DNA from: an uncultured archaeon
GTDB lineage: Archaea > Iainarchaeota > Iainarchaeia > Iainarchaeales > CAZILS01
Direction: 5' to 3'
NCBI GenBank assembly: GCA_964540145.1
Contig: CAZILS010000004.1
Coordinates: 605 to 64,604 of the forward strand
DNA: 64,000 nucleotides
Shown here: in pieces, positions 55,052 through 62,702 of the stretch
Position numbering within the stretch: position 1 is the first letter of the stretch
Layout: every line of letters begins with the position of its first letter
Position numbers and translations under genes: made by a program
The notes under the pieces: generated by a model
Database searches by the model: none
What the model was told of the DNA's origin: nothing
Seen by the model: the letters and a program-made list of their open reading frames with translations, nothing else

Positions 55052-57469
55052 CTATGATATTACGAGGTCGATATTGTCGAACTCCGCTTCTAACCACTCG
55101 TTGTTCCCCCAATCATAGACCTTCGCCCCAAGCTCGAGGTAGTATGCTCCTGTCCCGGTTATCAGCGAGCTTACATCTATATCCTCCGAGGAGCCTTGTT
55201 CATTGGGGTTATTGTCCCAGAATATTTCATCGGTCGCATCAGCATGGCTGTCACTCCCATCTAAATCACTTCCTAAATAGGTCATCCCCGATGAGTTCCC
55301 GAATCTCGCCTTTATCCAGACTTCGTCGTTGTTGTCGAGGCGGTAATCTTCCAAATACCAGTCGAAGGTGAGGCTTGCGCTTCCCCCGTTCTGGAGGAAC
55401 AGCCAGTGGTCGGAGTTTATATCGAACTGGATACCATACGCCCCCGAGTTGTCGCTCCCCGTGTTGTTGCAGCTGTTGTCGTAGTCGCCTATGTGCACAA
55501 TTATCTTGTTTTCGCTCCCGACAGTCGAGTCCGCCGACGAATCGTCCTCGTTCGGGTCCGCGTTGAACATCACGCACTCGCTGTTCGAGGAATAGGGGGC
55601 ATAGCCCCAGTCCCAGCCGTCATACTCTGCGCCCGCCCCGAATGTATTGGCACTCGAGTTTATGTCTGTGCCGAAGTCAAGCGGCTGGGGCCTGTCGGAG
55701 GTGTGTTCGGACAGGTCGACCGTGAAGGGGCCAATCACAATGATGTTTATCTGCCTGTTCTCGTCGCTCGTTCCCTCATTGCTGTTGCCGCTGTCATCCG
55801 TGCAGTTGACATCCCAGCCGTACGTTCCCGACGTGAAGTCGTCCTTGAAGAAGTACTGTGTCACCCCCTCGGCTATACTGTTGTTTGTGTCGTCGGTCGC
55901 CCCGTTTATAACAAGCTCGCAGTTGGCTATCCCCGAGCTCCTGTCGTAGACGTTGAAGTCGAACCGGACGCCGGCGAGGTAAGAGGTGGCTCCCGGTGCG
56001 GGGGAGAGCAGGGTTATAATGGGTGCGTTTGTGTCTTCCGTATAGAAAGTCCCTGTGGTATAAACCGAGTTGTCGTCGAACTCGAACTCTATCCTGAAAT
56101 ATTCCCCATCGTCCTGTGCGTCCGCCGTGAACCTGAGCCTGTTGTCGTTGAAGCTGTCCCCTGCGGTAATCGTGAAGTCGCTGATGTCCATCCACTGCCC
56201 TGCAGAAACCCCTCCCGAGTCCCACACAAGCGTGCTGTTCAGGAAAATCCTGTCAACCTGCGCGCCGTCGTTGTCGCTGATGTTGTAGTCCAAAATCCTC
56301 ATCCTGTTTAGGGTTATGCTGTTGCCGTCATTCAGGTTCTCGACATACCAGTAGTCCAGCCTTTGGCTGTCGGAGAAATAGGCGTCGAACCAGCTGAAGT
56401 CGAAGGCGCCGGCCGCCTGTTCGACGGTTATGAACAGCGCTATCGTGTCGGTGTTAGAGGAGTCGTCCGTGGCTGTAATGGTTCCTGTGTTCATCCCTGT
56501 AGATGCCCCCCCGGGAACCGTGAGGTTTGCGTCTATAATCTCGCAGGTGTTTGCGGAAAGTGCGGGGATTGCGGGGATTGGCGAGACCCAGTCCCCGGCA
56601 TCTCCCGCCGACATAGTGAACTGCACGTTCGTGAGGTCTGTGTCCGTGGTGTTGCAGACGTTGAAGCTTTGCGACGAGCCTCCCCCCGAGAAAACGCTCG
56701 CGGTCCAGGAGGCCGGGAATATTATCAGGGGATCTGCCTCCGCCGACACGACCTCGATGTTTATCGGCACATAGAGATTCACGTCCTCGCCGCCATAGGA
56801 CGCATTTACCGTTATATAGCCTGCATAATTTCCCGCGGAGGTCGAGTTCGAGGAGAAGGATAGCGAAAGGTTGTAGTCCTCCCCGTCGTTTACCGTGAAG
56901 CTGTCCGCGCTTAACTGCATGTTCACGTCGGTGTGCGCCCAGTTCTCCCCGATGTCCACTGTTGCCGTGCCTCCCGTGCCGTTCGTTACCGTGATGTAGT
57001 CGGTTTCCGAGTCGCTCTGCGCAAGGGTGAGGTAAATCGAGGTCTTGTCGATGTCCAGCGTCCCTTCTCCGATAGCAACATAGCCTTCGTATGCACTGAA
57101 CCAGACCCAGTGCCTTCCCGGGGAGAGGTTGAGGGTCCCGCTTAACGGTGCGTTTGTTTCCGCGATTATGTCCGAGCCCATGACGTTGAACCTTATCGTT
57201 TGGTTCTCCGTGCCGCTCAAGGACTCGTCTATGGTGTCGGGAACGTCGTAGTAAACATAGCGTTTCGCGCCCTCCCCCTGCCTGTAAACATCGTCGACAG
57301 CCTCCGCAAGGCTCTTCACGGAATTCTCGGCATCTTCGAGGATTTTCCGCTTGTTCATGTCGACAACAGTCTGTGTGCCCAGAGAATATACGGAAAGTAT
57401 GATGGCTAGGGAAACAGACAGTATAATCAGGAACTCGACCGCGCCTTGGCCCCGCTTGCAGGAGAACAT
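55052..57469 (-). CDS. Large pilin-like adhesin (805 aa) with class III signal peptide
   Basis: MFSCKRGQ|GAVEFLIILSV, then a D/N/S/T/G-rich beta-type ectodomain. The antisense ORFs are rejected. Confidence 0.75.
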   Translation of the reverse strand: MFSCKRGQGAVEFLIILSVSLAIILSVYSLGTQTVVDMNKRKILEDAENSVKSLAEAVDDVYRQGEGAKRYVYYDVPDTIDESLSGTENQTIRFNVMGSDIIAETNAPLSGTLNLSPGRHWVWFSAYEGYVAIGEGTLDIDKTSIYLTLAQSDSETDYITVTNGTGGTATVDIGENWAHTDVNMQLSADSFTVNDGEDYNLSLSFSSNSTSAGNYAGYITVNASYGGEDVNLYVPINIEVVSAEADPLIIFPASWTASVFSGGGSSQSFNVCNTTDTDLTNVQFTMSAGDAGDWVSPIPAIPALSANTCEIIDANLTVPGGASTGMNTGTITATDDSSNTDTIALFITVEQAAGAFDFSWFDAYFSDSQRLDYWYVENLNDGNSITLNRMRILDYNISDNDGAQVDRIFLNSTLVWDSGGVSAGQWMDISDFTITAGDSFNDNRLRFTADAQDDGEYFRIEFEFDDNSVYTTGTFYTEDTNAPIITLLSPAPGATSYLAGVRFDFNVYDRSSGIANCELVINGATDDTNNSIAEGVTQYFFKDDFTSGTYGWDVNCTDDSGNSNEGTSDENRQINIIVIGPFTVDLSEHTSDRPQPLDFGTDINSSANTFGAGAEYDGWDWGYAPYSSNSECVMFNADPNEDDSSADSTVGSENKIIVHIGDYDNSCNNTGSDNSGAYGIQFDINSDHWLFLQNGGSASLTFDWYLEDYRLDNNDEVWIKARFGNSSGMTYLGSDLDGSDSHADATDEIFWDNNPNEQGSSEDIDVSSLITGTGAYYLELGAKVYDWGNNEWLEAEFDNIDLVIS

Positions 57470-57501
57470 CGGATTGATTATAATATAAGTAATTAATATA
57501 A

Positions 57502-58284
57502 TTAACCTTTAATTCCGTAGAGCCTTCTCGCAACCTCTTCGGCAACATCCTTTGAATAGCCTTTATCCACAACTTCTTTTTTCACGTCCGCCTTGGTGTA
57601 GTCTGCCTTGTGCTGTTCAAGCGAGGCAACTATCGCCTCAACATCTTTCTTGTCGTCTTCGGCAAGGGCTGATGCCGGAGCCGCCGCCGGGTTCTCCCTG
57701 TTTTTGGCTATGGCTTTTTCTTCCCATTCGGCAGCGGCTTTTTTCAGCCCCTTGACAGTGCCGACCTGCCCGGTCTGGAATTCCGCCTGTTTCTTCTCTT
57801 CAGGATACTCTTGGGTTAATTTAATTTTATTTGCCTCTGTTGGCGTGGCTTCAGCCACAGGTTTTTCCATCTGCTCCTCTTTTGCCAGCGATTTCATTGC
57901 CGCCTTTATCTTTGGCTCCGGCGCCGCGGGTTCGGGGGAAATTGTTTCCGCCTCTGCAGCCGCCTTCTGGGCAGCCTTTTCTCCCTTGGCTTTTTTCTCC
58001 GCGGTCTCTCCGCCTTTCCCCTTCTTCCCCCTTGAGGCTTTTTCAAACTCAATCCCGATAAGGTCTGCGCCCGACATGTAAGGCTCGATTACCCTCCTGG
58101 TAACTGCCCTTAGCACAAGTATAATCGCAACGATGATAAACATGGAGCTTGCCCCGCCTATGGCGGCAACCGCCTCCAAAGGCAGCCACAAACCGCATTC
58201 CTTGATGCCAACGCAGGCGAGAACTGCGTTTAGGCCGATTGCAATCAGCAAACACGCCACAATTATGTATTTATGGAAAGCCAT
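57502..58284 (-). CDS. Membrane protein with K/A/E-rich low-complexity C-terminal region (hypothetical)
   Basis: Two TM helices then an AEKKAKGEKAAQKAAAE-type region; 260 aa. Confidence 0.45.
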   Translation of the reverse strand: MAFHKYIIVACLLIAIGLNAVLACVGIKECGLWLPLEAVAAIGGASSMFIIVAIILVLRAVTRRVIEPYMSGADLIGIEFEKASRGKKGKGGETAEKKAKGEKAAQKAAAEAETISPEPAAPEPKIKAAMKSLAKEEQMEKPVAEATPTEANKIKLTQEYPEEKKQAEFQTGQVGTVKGLKKAAAEWEEKAIAKNRENPAAAPASALAEDDKKDVEAIVASLEQHKADYTKADVKKEVVDKGYSKDVAEEVARRLYGIKG

Positions 58285-58320
58285 TTTGAAATAATGAGGA
58301 AAGGCTATATAAAAACCTTT

Positions 58321-58563
58321 CTAAACAGCCATCGTCAGCAGTATCTTCCTTCCCTTCGAGTATATCCAGATTGCCGCGCTTAGCGCAGTTGCCCCTACAA
58401 GATAGAAGACGGCTGCGTCTGTCCAATTCCCCGAAAGCTGGACAACAAGCCCCTGCACAGCCATAAGGAAGAACATGGTGGTTGTAAGGATAAGCGAGCC
58501 GAAGAAGAACAATGCCCTAAGTATCTGGGTAAATATCGCCTGCCTCATGGCTATCACATGCAC
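58321..58563 (-). CDS. Small 2-TM membrane protein (hypothetical)
   Basis: 80-aa hydrophobic ORF, co-directional in a putative operon. Confidence 0.3.
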   Translation of the reverse strand: MHVIAMRQAIFTQILRALFFFGSLILTTTMFFLMAVQGLVVQLSGNWTDAAVFYLVGATALSAAIWIYSKGRKILLTMAV

Positions 58564-58579
58564 TTTTTTCTATTTAAGG

Positions 58580-58948
58580 CTATCGCCGGTCCCTGTTGCT
58601 TTCCACTCCCGATTTTTTTGCGATTATCTTGGCCTCATCCCTGAACCCAAAGTCCTTCCCTATTTTCTTCACAATCATCGATGCCCTCAGCATGAAAAGG
58701 AAAAACAGGAAAACCAAAACAATCCCCGGAATTTCCTTCAATGAGGGATCTTCTATCGCGACAAGCCCGGATTCGAGCAGGAAGTTCCAAACCGCATAGG
58801 GAAAGCCGCACAGCATAACTGTCATCAAAAGCCAGACCATCAGCTGTTTCGTTGTTCCTTTGCTGAGTTCCCTGTATCCCTGGTATATCAGGATTCCCGC
58901 GGCAAGCCCGATAACCGCCACAAGCAGTGTTCCCAAAACGTTAATCAA
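58580..58948 (-). CDS. 3-TM membrane protein (hypothetical); start uncertain (TTG at 58948 overlapping the upstream stop as TTGA, or ATG at about 58838)
   Basis: The long ORF (to 59086) overlaps the upstream gene and has a non-protein-like N-terminus, so it is trimmed. Confidence 0.3.
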   Translation of the reverse strand: MINVLGTLLVAVIGLAAGILIYQGYRELSKGTTKQLMVWLLMTVMLCGFPYAVWNFLLESGLVAIEDPSLKEIPGIVLVFLFFLFMLRASMIVKKIGKDFGFRDEAKIIAKKSGVESNRDRR

Positions 58949-59532
58949 GATTTCACCTCCTTTGGCGCAGTCAGGTCTATAACAGTATCGATAAATTGCC
59001 TCAGCAGGGCAACCATGCCCTTGTCCTTCTCCGCGCTTATCGCAAGCACAACCCCAATCACGCCCCAGCTTTCCATCCTCCCGCATAAAAACCTCGCAAA
59101 CTTGTTGACTGTATTGGGCTCGTGGAAAACCGAGAGCGAGGAAAACGAATCGAAAATGAGGAATCTTTTTCCCCGGGAAATCGCGGACATTGCGTTTTCT
59201 ATCGCGATGCCGAGGTCGGTAAGGTTCTGCGGGGTGTCTATGTAAAGGCAGCCCTTTACCTTGCCCGCCCCCTCCTTATCCCTCTCGGAGGAGATTGCAT
59301 CGATGAAAATCACCCTCTCGGTGTCAACGCCCTTTGCATCCAGCAAGTACTTTAGTTTGCGGTAAGGCTTGTTAAGCGTGACGTAAATGCCTGCCAAACC
59401 CCTATTCTTCACGAGGTACTCTGTTATTTCCATGTTTGTTTCAGTAAGCCTGCTTGGGCTCTCAATAACAAGCGCAATCTTGTTTTTGTCCTTGAATGCG
59501 TTCTCAAGTTTTTTTAGAATTATTTCGTCCAT
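58945..59532 (-). CDS. KaiC/RecA-fold domain protein lacking Walker A (DUF835-like), paralog 1
   Basis: YVTLNKPYRKL...VIFIDAIS...FLIFDSFSSL...FIDTVIDLT is homologous to 62139..62690. Confidence 0.55.
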   Translation of the reverse strand: MDEIILKKLENAFKDKNKIALVIESPSRLTETNMEITEYLVKNRGLAGIYVTLNKPYRKLKYLLDAKGVDTERVIFIDAISSERDKEGAGKVKGCLYIDTPQNLTDLGIAIENAMSAISRGKRFLIFDSFSSLSVFHEPNTVNKFARFLCGRMESWGVIGVVLAISAEKDKGMVALLRQFIDTVIDLTAPKEVKS

Positions 59533-59573
59533 GCAAAAACCATAATCAAATTCTATTTAAATTTTCCTTCCGC

Positions 59574-61244
59574 TTAAAACACCTCGACTTCCGGATAGAC
59601 CGCCATTCCGTCCTTCTCAAACCCGATTGCGAGGAGCTTGTTTGTGTGTTTTGTCCCCCTCATCTTCAGGATTTCGCAGCTGTGCACCCTGACCGCACTG
59701 TCGCTTTTCTTAGAGTAATAAAGCGAGATTACCGCATCCGTAAGGAAGCCGATGCTTCCCTCCTTGATTTCCGCAACCTTCGGGGGCAGCTCCGAGATAA
59801 GCAAGGAAGTTACGCCCCATGACTTTAACATGTCGATGAGCCTTATGATGCTCTCCCTCCTCTGGTATTCCTCCCGGAAAAGGAGGCTGTAAGCAGTGAC
59901 AGAGTCCATGGCGAGCCTTGTTGCCCCCATCTCCCTTATCGCATCCTTGATAGGTCCCCCGCCCTGGGTTACCAATTTCTCGGCCTGGTGCGGCCTGTAC
60001 TCAAGAATCCTGAAAAGGTTTTTTTTCTCCAGCGCCTCGAAATCCCATCCGAATGCGGAGGAATGCCTTATCAGGGAAGCCCTGTCCTCCTCAAAACTGA
60101 TGAATATCCCGGGCTCGTTGTCCCGCAGCGCGCCATAGTAAAGATACTGCAGGCAGAACAAGGTTTTTCCGGAGCCTGCAGACCCGACAACCAAAACCGC
60201 AGAGCCCCTTTCAAAACCCCCCTCTATAAGTTTGTCAAGCCCCTTAACCCCTGATTTAATTCTTTCAATCGTCAACGCAGGTTTCTTCGCCTTTGCCTTT
60301 ACAACAGGCGTTCCCTTAAGGTTTGGCCTCTTTCCCCCCCGGGTATCGGGGCTCTCGAGAAGCTCCTTAAGCGCGGTCCTGACCTTGCTATGGCCTCCGT
60401 CGGTTTTTATCGCCGCGGTTTCCCCCTCTTTCAGGGAACGTGCAACCCCTGAAACATCCATCGACCTTTTGCCCTCGTCTTTCAGGCTGTTTTTTATGTC
60501 TTCCATTGCGGAGGCGATTTTGCCCGCGAAGGAGGAAGGCGCCTCCCCGGCCACAACCGCCGGTTTTGGGGCGGGCATTTTCCCGCCATGCCCTGCTGCC
60601 GAAGTATCCTTTGGCTCTGCGGTGCCTGCCCTCTGCCCGGGAAGATGCAGGGGAACCGCCCCTCCTTTTAAGGAGGGTGCCGCCAGACCGAAGGGAGGTG
60701 CCCCAGCCGAGCCGGCAGGCGAAGGTGCCGAAGGAATTTCAATTTCCTTCTTCGCTTTGGGGGGAACGGAAATCTTTCTTTTAACAATTGGAACTTTTTT
60801 TTCTGTTTTCCTCTTGGCGGGAACCGAAGGCTTTCTTTTTAGGGAAAGGGCCGAACCCTTCCCTTTCGGTTTCTTCGCACGAGGCGGCTTCGCCGTCGCA
60901 ATCTTTGTGGGAATGGCAACCCTGCCCTTTGCAACAACCTTAACCCCTGCATATTTTCCCGCGGAAGGCACCCTTATCTCAACTTTTGGTTTTTCTCCGA
61001 GGCCCCCAAAATCCTTTTTCCCGTTTTCCCTGAGTTTTCCCAAAACCCTTCCGGGAATTGCCGCGCCCCTCGCCTTTCCGGCTGCGCCGCCTATTGCGGG
61101 CTTTTTCGAAACATTAATCTTGACGGTTGATTTTCCCCTTGCACCATCCCGTTTTTTTTTCACCACAGATTTCCCATTCTTTTTTTCTTTGGGAGTAAGC
61201 AGTCTCCCAATAACCCTTCCCGGAACAGCGCTAAGTCCTGCCAA
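59574..61244 (-). CDS. KaiC-like RecA-superfamily ATPase with roughly 300-aa Lys/Pro/Ala-rich N-terminal extension
   Basis: C-terminal domain has Walker A GSAGSGKTLFCLQY and a KaiC-like core (ISFEE, LLISELP). The N-terminal half is low-complexity basic (K-rich) sequence. Confidence 0.7.
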   Translation of the reverse strand: MAGLSAVPGRVIGRLLTPKEKKNGKSVVKKKRDGARGKSTVKINVSKKPAIGGAAGKARGAAIPGRVLGKLRENGKKDFGGLGEKPKVEIRVPSAGKYAGVKVVAKGRVAIPTKIATAKPPRAKKPKGKGSALSLKRKPSVPAKRKTEKKVPIVKRKISVPPKAKKEIEIPSAPSPAGSAGAPPFGLAAPSLKGGAVPLHLPGQRAGTAEPKDTSAAGHGGKMPAPKPAVVAGEAPSSFAGKIASAMEDIKNSLKDEGKRSMDVSGVARSLKEGETAAIKTDGGHSKVRTALKELLESPDTRGGKRPNLKGTPVVKAKAKKPALTIERIKSGVKGLDKLIEGGFERGSAVLVVGSAGSGKTLFCLQYLYYGALRDNEPGIFISFEEDRASLIRHSSAFGWDFEALEKKNLFRILEYRPHQAEKLVTQGGGPIKDAIREMGATRLAMDSVTAYSLLFREEYQRRESIIRLIDMLKSWGVTSLLISELPPKVAEIKEGSIGFLTDAVISLYYSKKSDSAVRVHSCEILKMRGTKHTNKLLAIGFEKDGMAVYPEVEVF

Positions 61245-61376
61245 TCAATCTCAACTCGCCTTGTTTCTTGCTTTTCAGTGCCTGTTTTTCACTGTGAAGA
61301 TATTATACTTTCCCTGAATATAAAACTATTGACAAATATAATACAACACCATTATATACTACTTATTTCTAATTAA

Positions 61377-61787
61377 TTGAAGAAACTAAACCCTATTGGG
61401 GAGATTGGCATGCAGGGCAAAATTTTGATTGTTGACGACGAATTTGACGACCTTTTTTCGATGAAGGAAATCCTTGAGGGAAACGGGTTTGAGGTAAAAA
61501 CAGCGGCAAACGGCGCACAGGCCCTAGACCTCATAGAGAACGAGAAGTTCAGCTTTATCCTTCTTGATATACTAATGCCCGTGCTTTCGGGATATGGCCT
61601 CATGCGCCTTTTTAGGCAGAGAATAGACAGGAAAATGCCGATTGTTTATGTTTCGATAAAGCCAAGCCAGGATGTCGACATGGATGATATTGACGGCTTC
61701 ATCCAGAAGCCGTTTACCCCCGAAAGTCTTTTTAGCGGAGTTACGAATGCGATTAAAAAATTCAAACCGGGAGATGTGGCAAAATGA
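61377..61787 (+). CDS. CheY-like response regulator receiver (single domain)
   Basis: KILIVDDEFDDLFSMKEILEGNGFEVKTAANG...LLDILMP; 136 aa. Confidence 0.8.
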   Translation: MKKLNPIGEIGMQGKILIVDDEFDDLFSMKEILEGNGFEVKTAANGAQALDLIENEKFSFILLDILMPVLSGYGLMRLFRQRIDRKMPIVYVSIKPSQDVDMDDIDGFIQKPFTPESLFSGVTNAIKKFKPGDVAK

Positions 61788-62137
61788 AGACAATAATGGT
61801 GGTAGATGACGAGCCGGACATAAGGGAAACAGTAAAAGCTGTTTTAGAGAAAAATGGTTTTGCGGTGGTTACCGCGGTCAGCGGTGACGATGCCCTGGAG
61901 AAACTCAAAACCGAGAAACCAGACCTGGTGCTGATGGATATCATGATGCCCGGAACTCCTGTAAAGGAAATAATCCCAAAGATAAAGCGGTTCAAGGTCG
62001 CGTACCTCAGTGTTGTCAGGCTGTCGGAAGCGGAAAGAGAGGCGCTCACAGAGTCCGAGAACGTTGTGGATTTTATCCAGAAGCCGTTTGACATAGCGGA
62101 ACTTCTGGGGCGCGTAAAAAAACTGGTCGGGGAATAA
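61784..62137 (+). CDS. CheY-like response regulator receiver (single domain)
   Basis: IMVVDDEPDIRETVKAVLEKNGF...LVLMDIMMPG; overlapping start/stop. Confidence 0.8.
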   Translation: MKTIMVVDDEPDIRETVKAVLEKNGFAVVTAVSGDDALEKLKTEKPDLVLMDIMMPGTPVKEIIPKIKRFKVAYLSVVRLSEAEREALTESENVVDFIQKPFDIAELLGRVKKLVGE

Positions 62138-62138
62138 A

Positions 62139-62690
62139 ATGGATATCGCGAAGGAGCTTGCGGGCAACCAGACGATTCTTCTTCTTATGCCCGGCTTAGA
62201 GTACGGCGAAATAACCGCGGGCTTGGCGAAGCAGCTTTCAAAAGGGACTGTCTGCTATTTCACGCTGAACAAAACTTTCTCCTCGCTCCTCGCAAGCTTC
62301 AAGAAGCAGGGCGTGAAAACAGGCAACATGCTTTTCGTTGACGCAATCTCAAAAAGCATGAGGGCGGTTCCGGACCAGACCGAGCAGTGTTATTACGTAA
62401 GCTCGCCCGGCGCCCTGACCGAACTCTCGATTGTGCTTTCCAAGGTGCTTAGGCACAACTTCGATTACATTGTTTTTGACTCCCTCACAAACCTCCTCAT
62501 CTACCAGGAAAGGGATCCTGTCGCAAAATTCATCTCGAACTTTGTCAACAGAGTAGGGGCAAGCGAAAGCAAGGCGGTTTTCTACGCCCTGAAAATGGAG
62601 CAGCATGCGGAACTTGTGCAGGAATGCTCGATGTTTGTCGATAAGGTAATTGACCTTTCCGGTTCCGGTCCCGGGGCGAAGGGCAAATGA
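62139..62690 (+). CDS. KaiC/RecA-fold domain protein lacking Walker A (DUF835-like), paralog 2
   Basis: YFTLNKTFSSL...MLFVDAIS...YIVFDSLTNL...FVDKVIDLS. Confidence 0.55.
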   Translation: MDIAKELAGNQTILLLMPGLEYGEITAGLAKQLSKGTVCYFTLNKTFSSLLASFKKQGVKTGNMLFVDAISKSMRAVPDQTEQCYYVSSPGALTELSIVLSKVLRHNFDYIVFDSLTNLLIYQERDPVAKFISNFVNRVGASESKAVFYALKMEQHAELVQECSMFVDKVIDLSGSGPGAKGK

Positions 62691-62702
62691 GGGGTGCGGG
62701 CG

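Noticed and set aside
55406-57572. Antisense and alternate-frame ORFs across the 805-aa adhesin gene (for example 55406..56311, 56454..57572)
   Set aside because: Arg/Gly/Val-rich spurious frames in GC-rich DNA; the adhesin frame has a pilin signal and is coupled to the operon.
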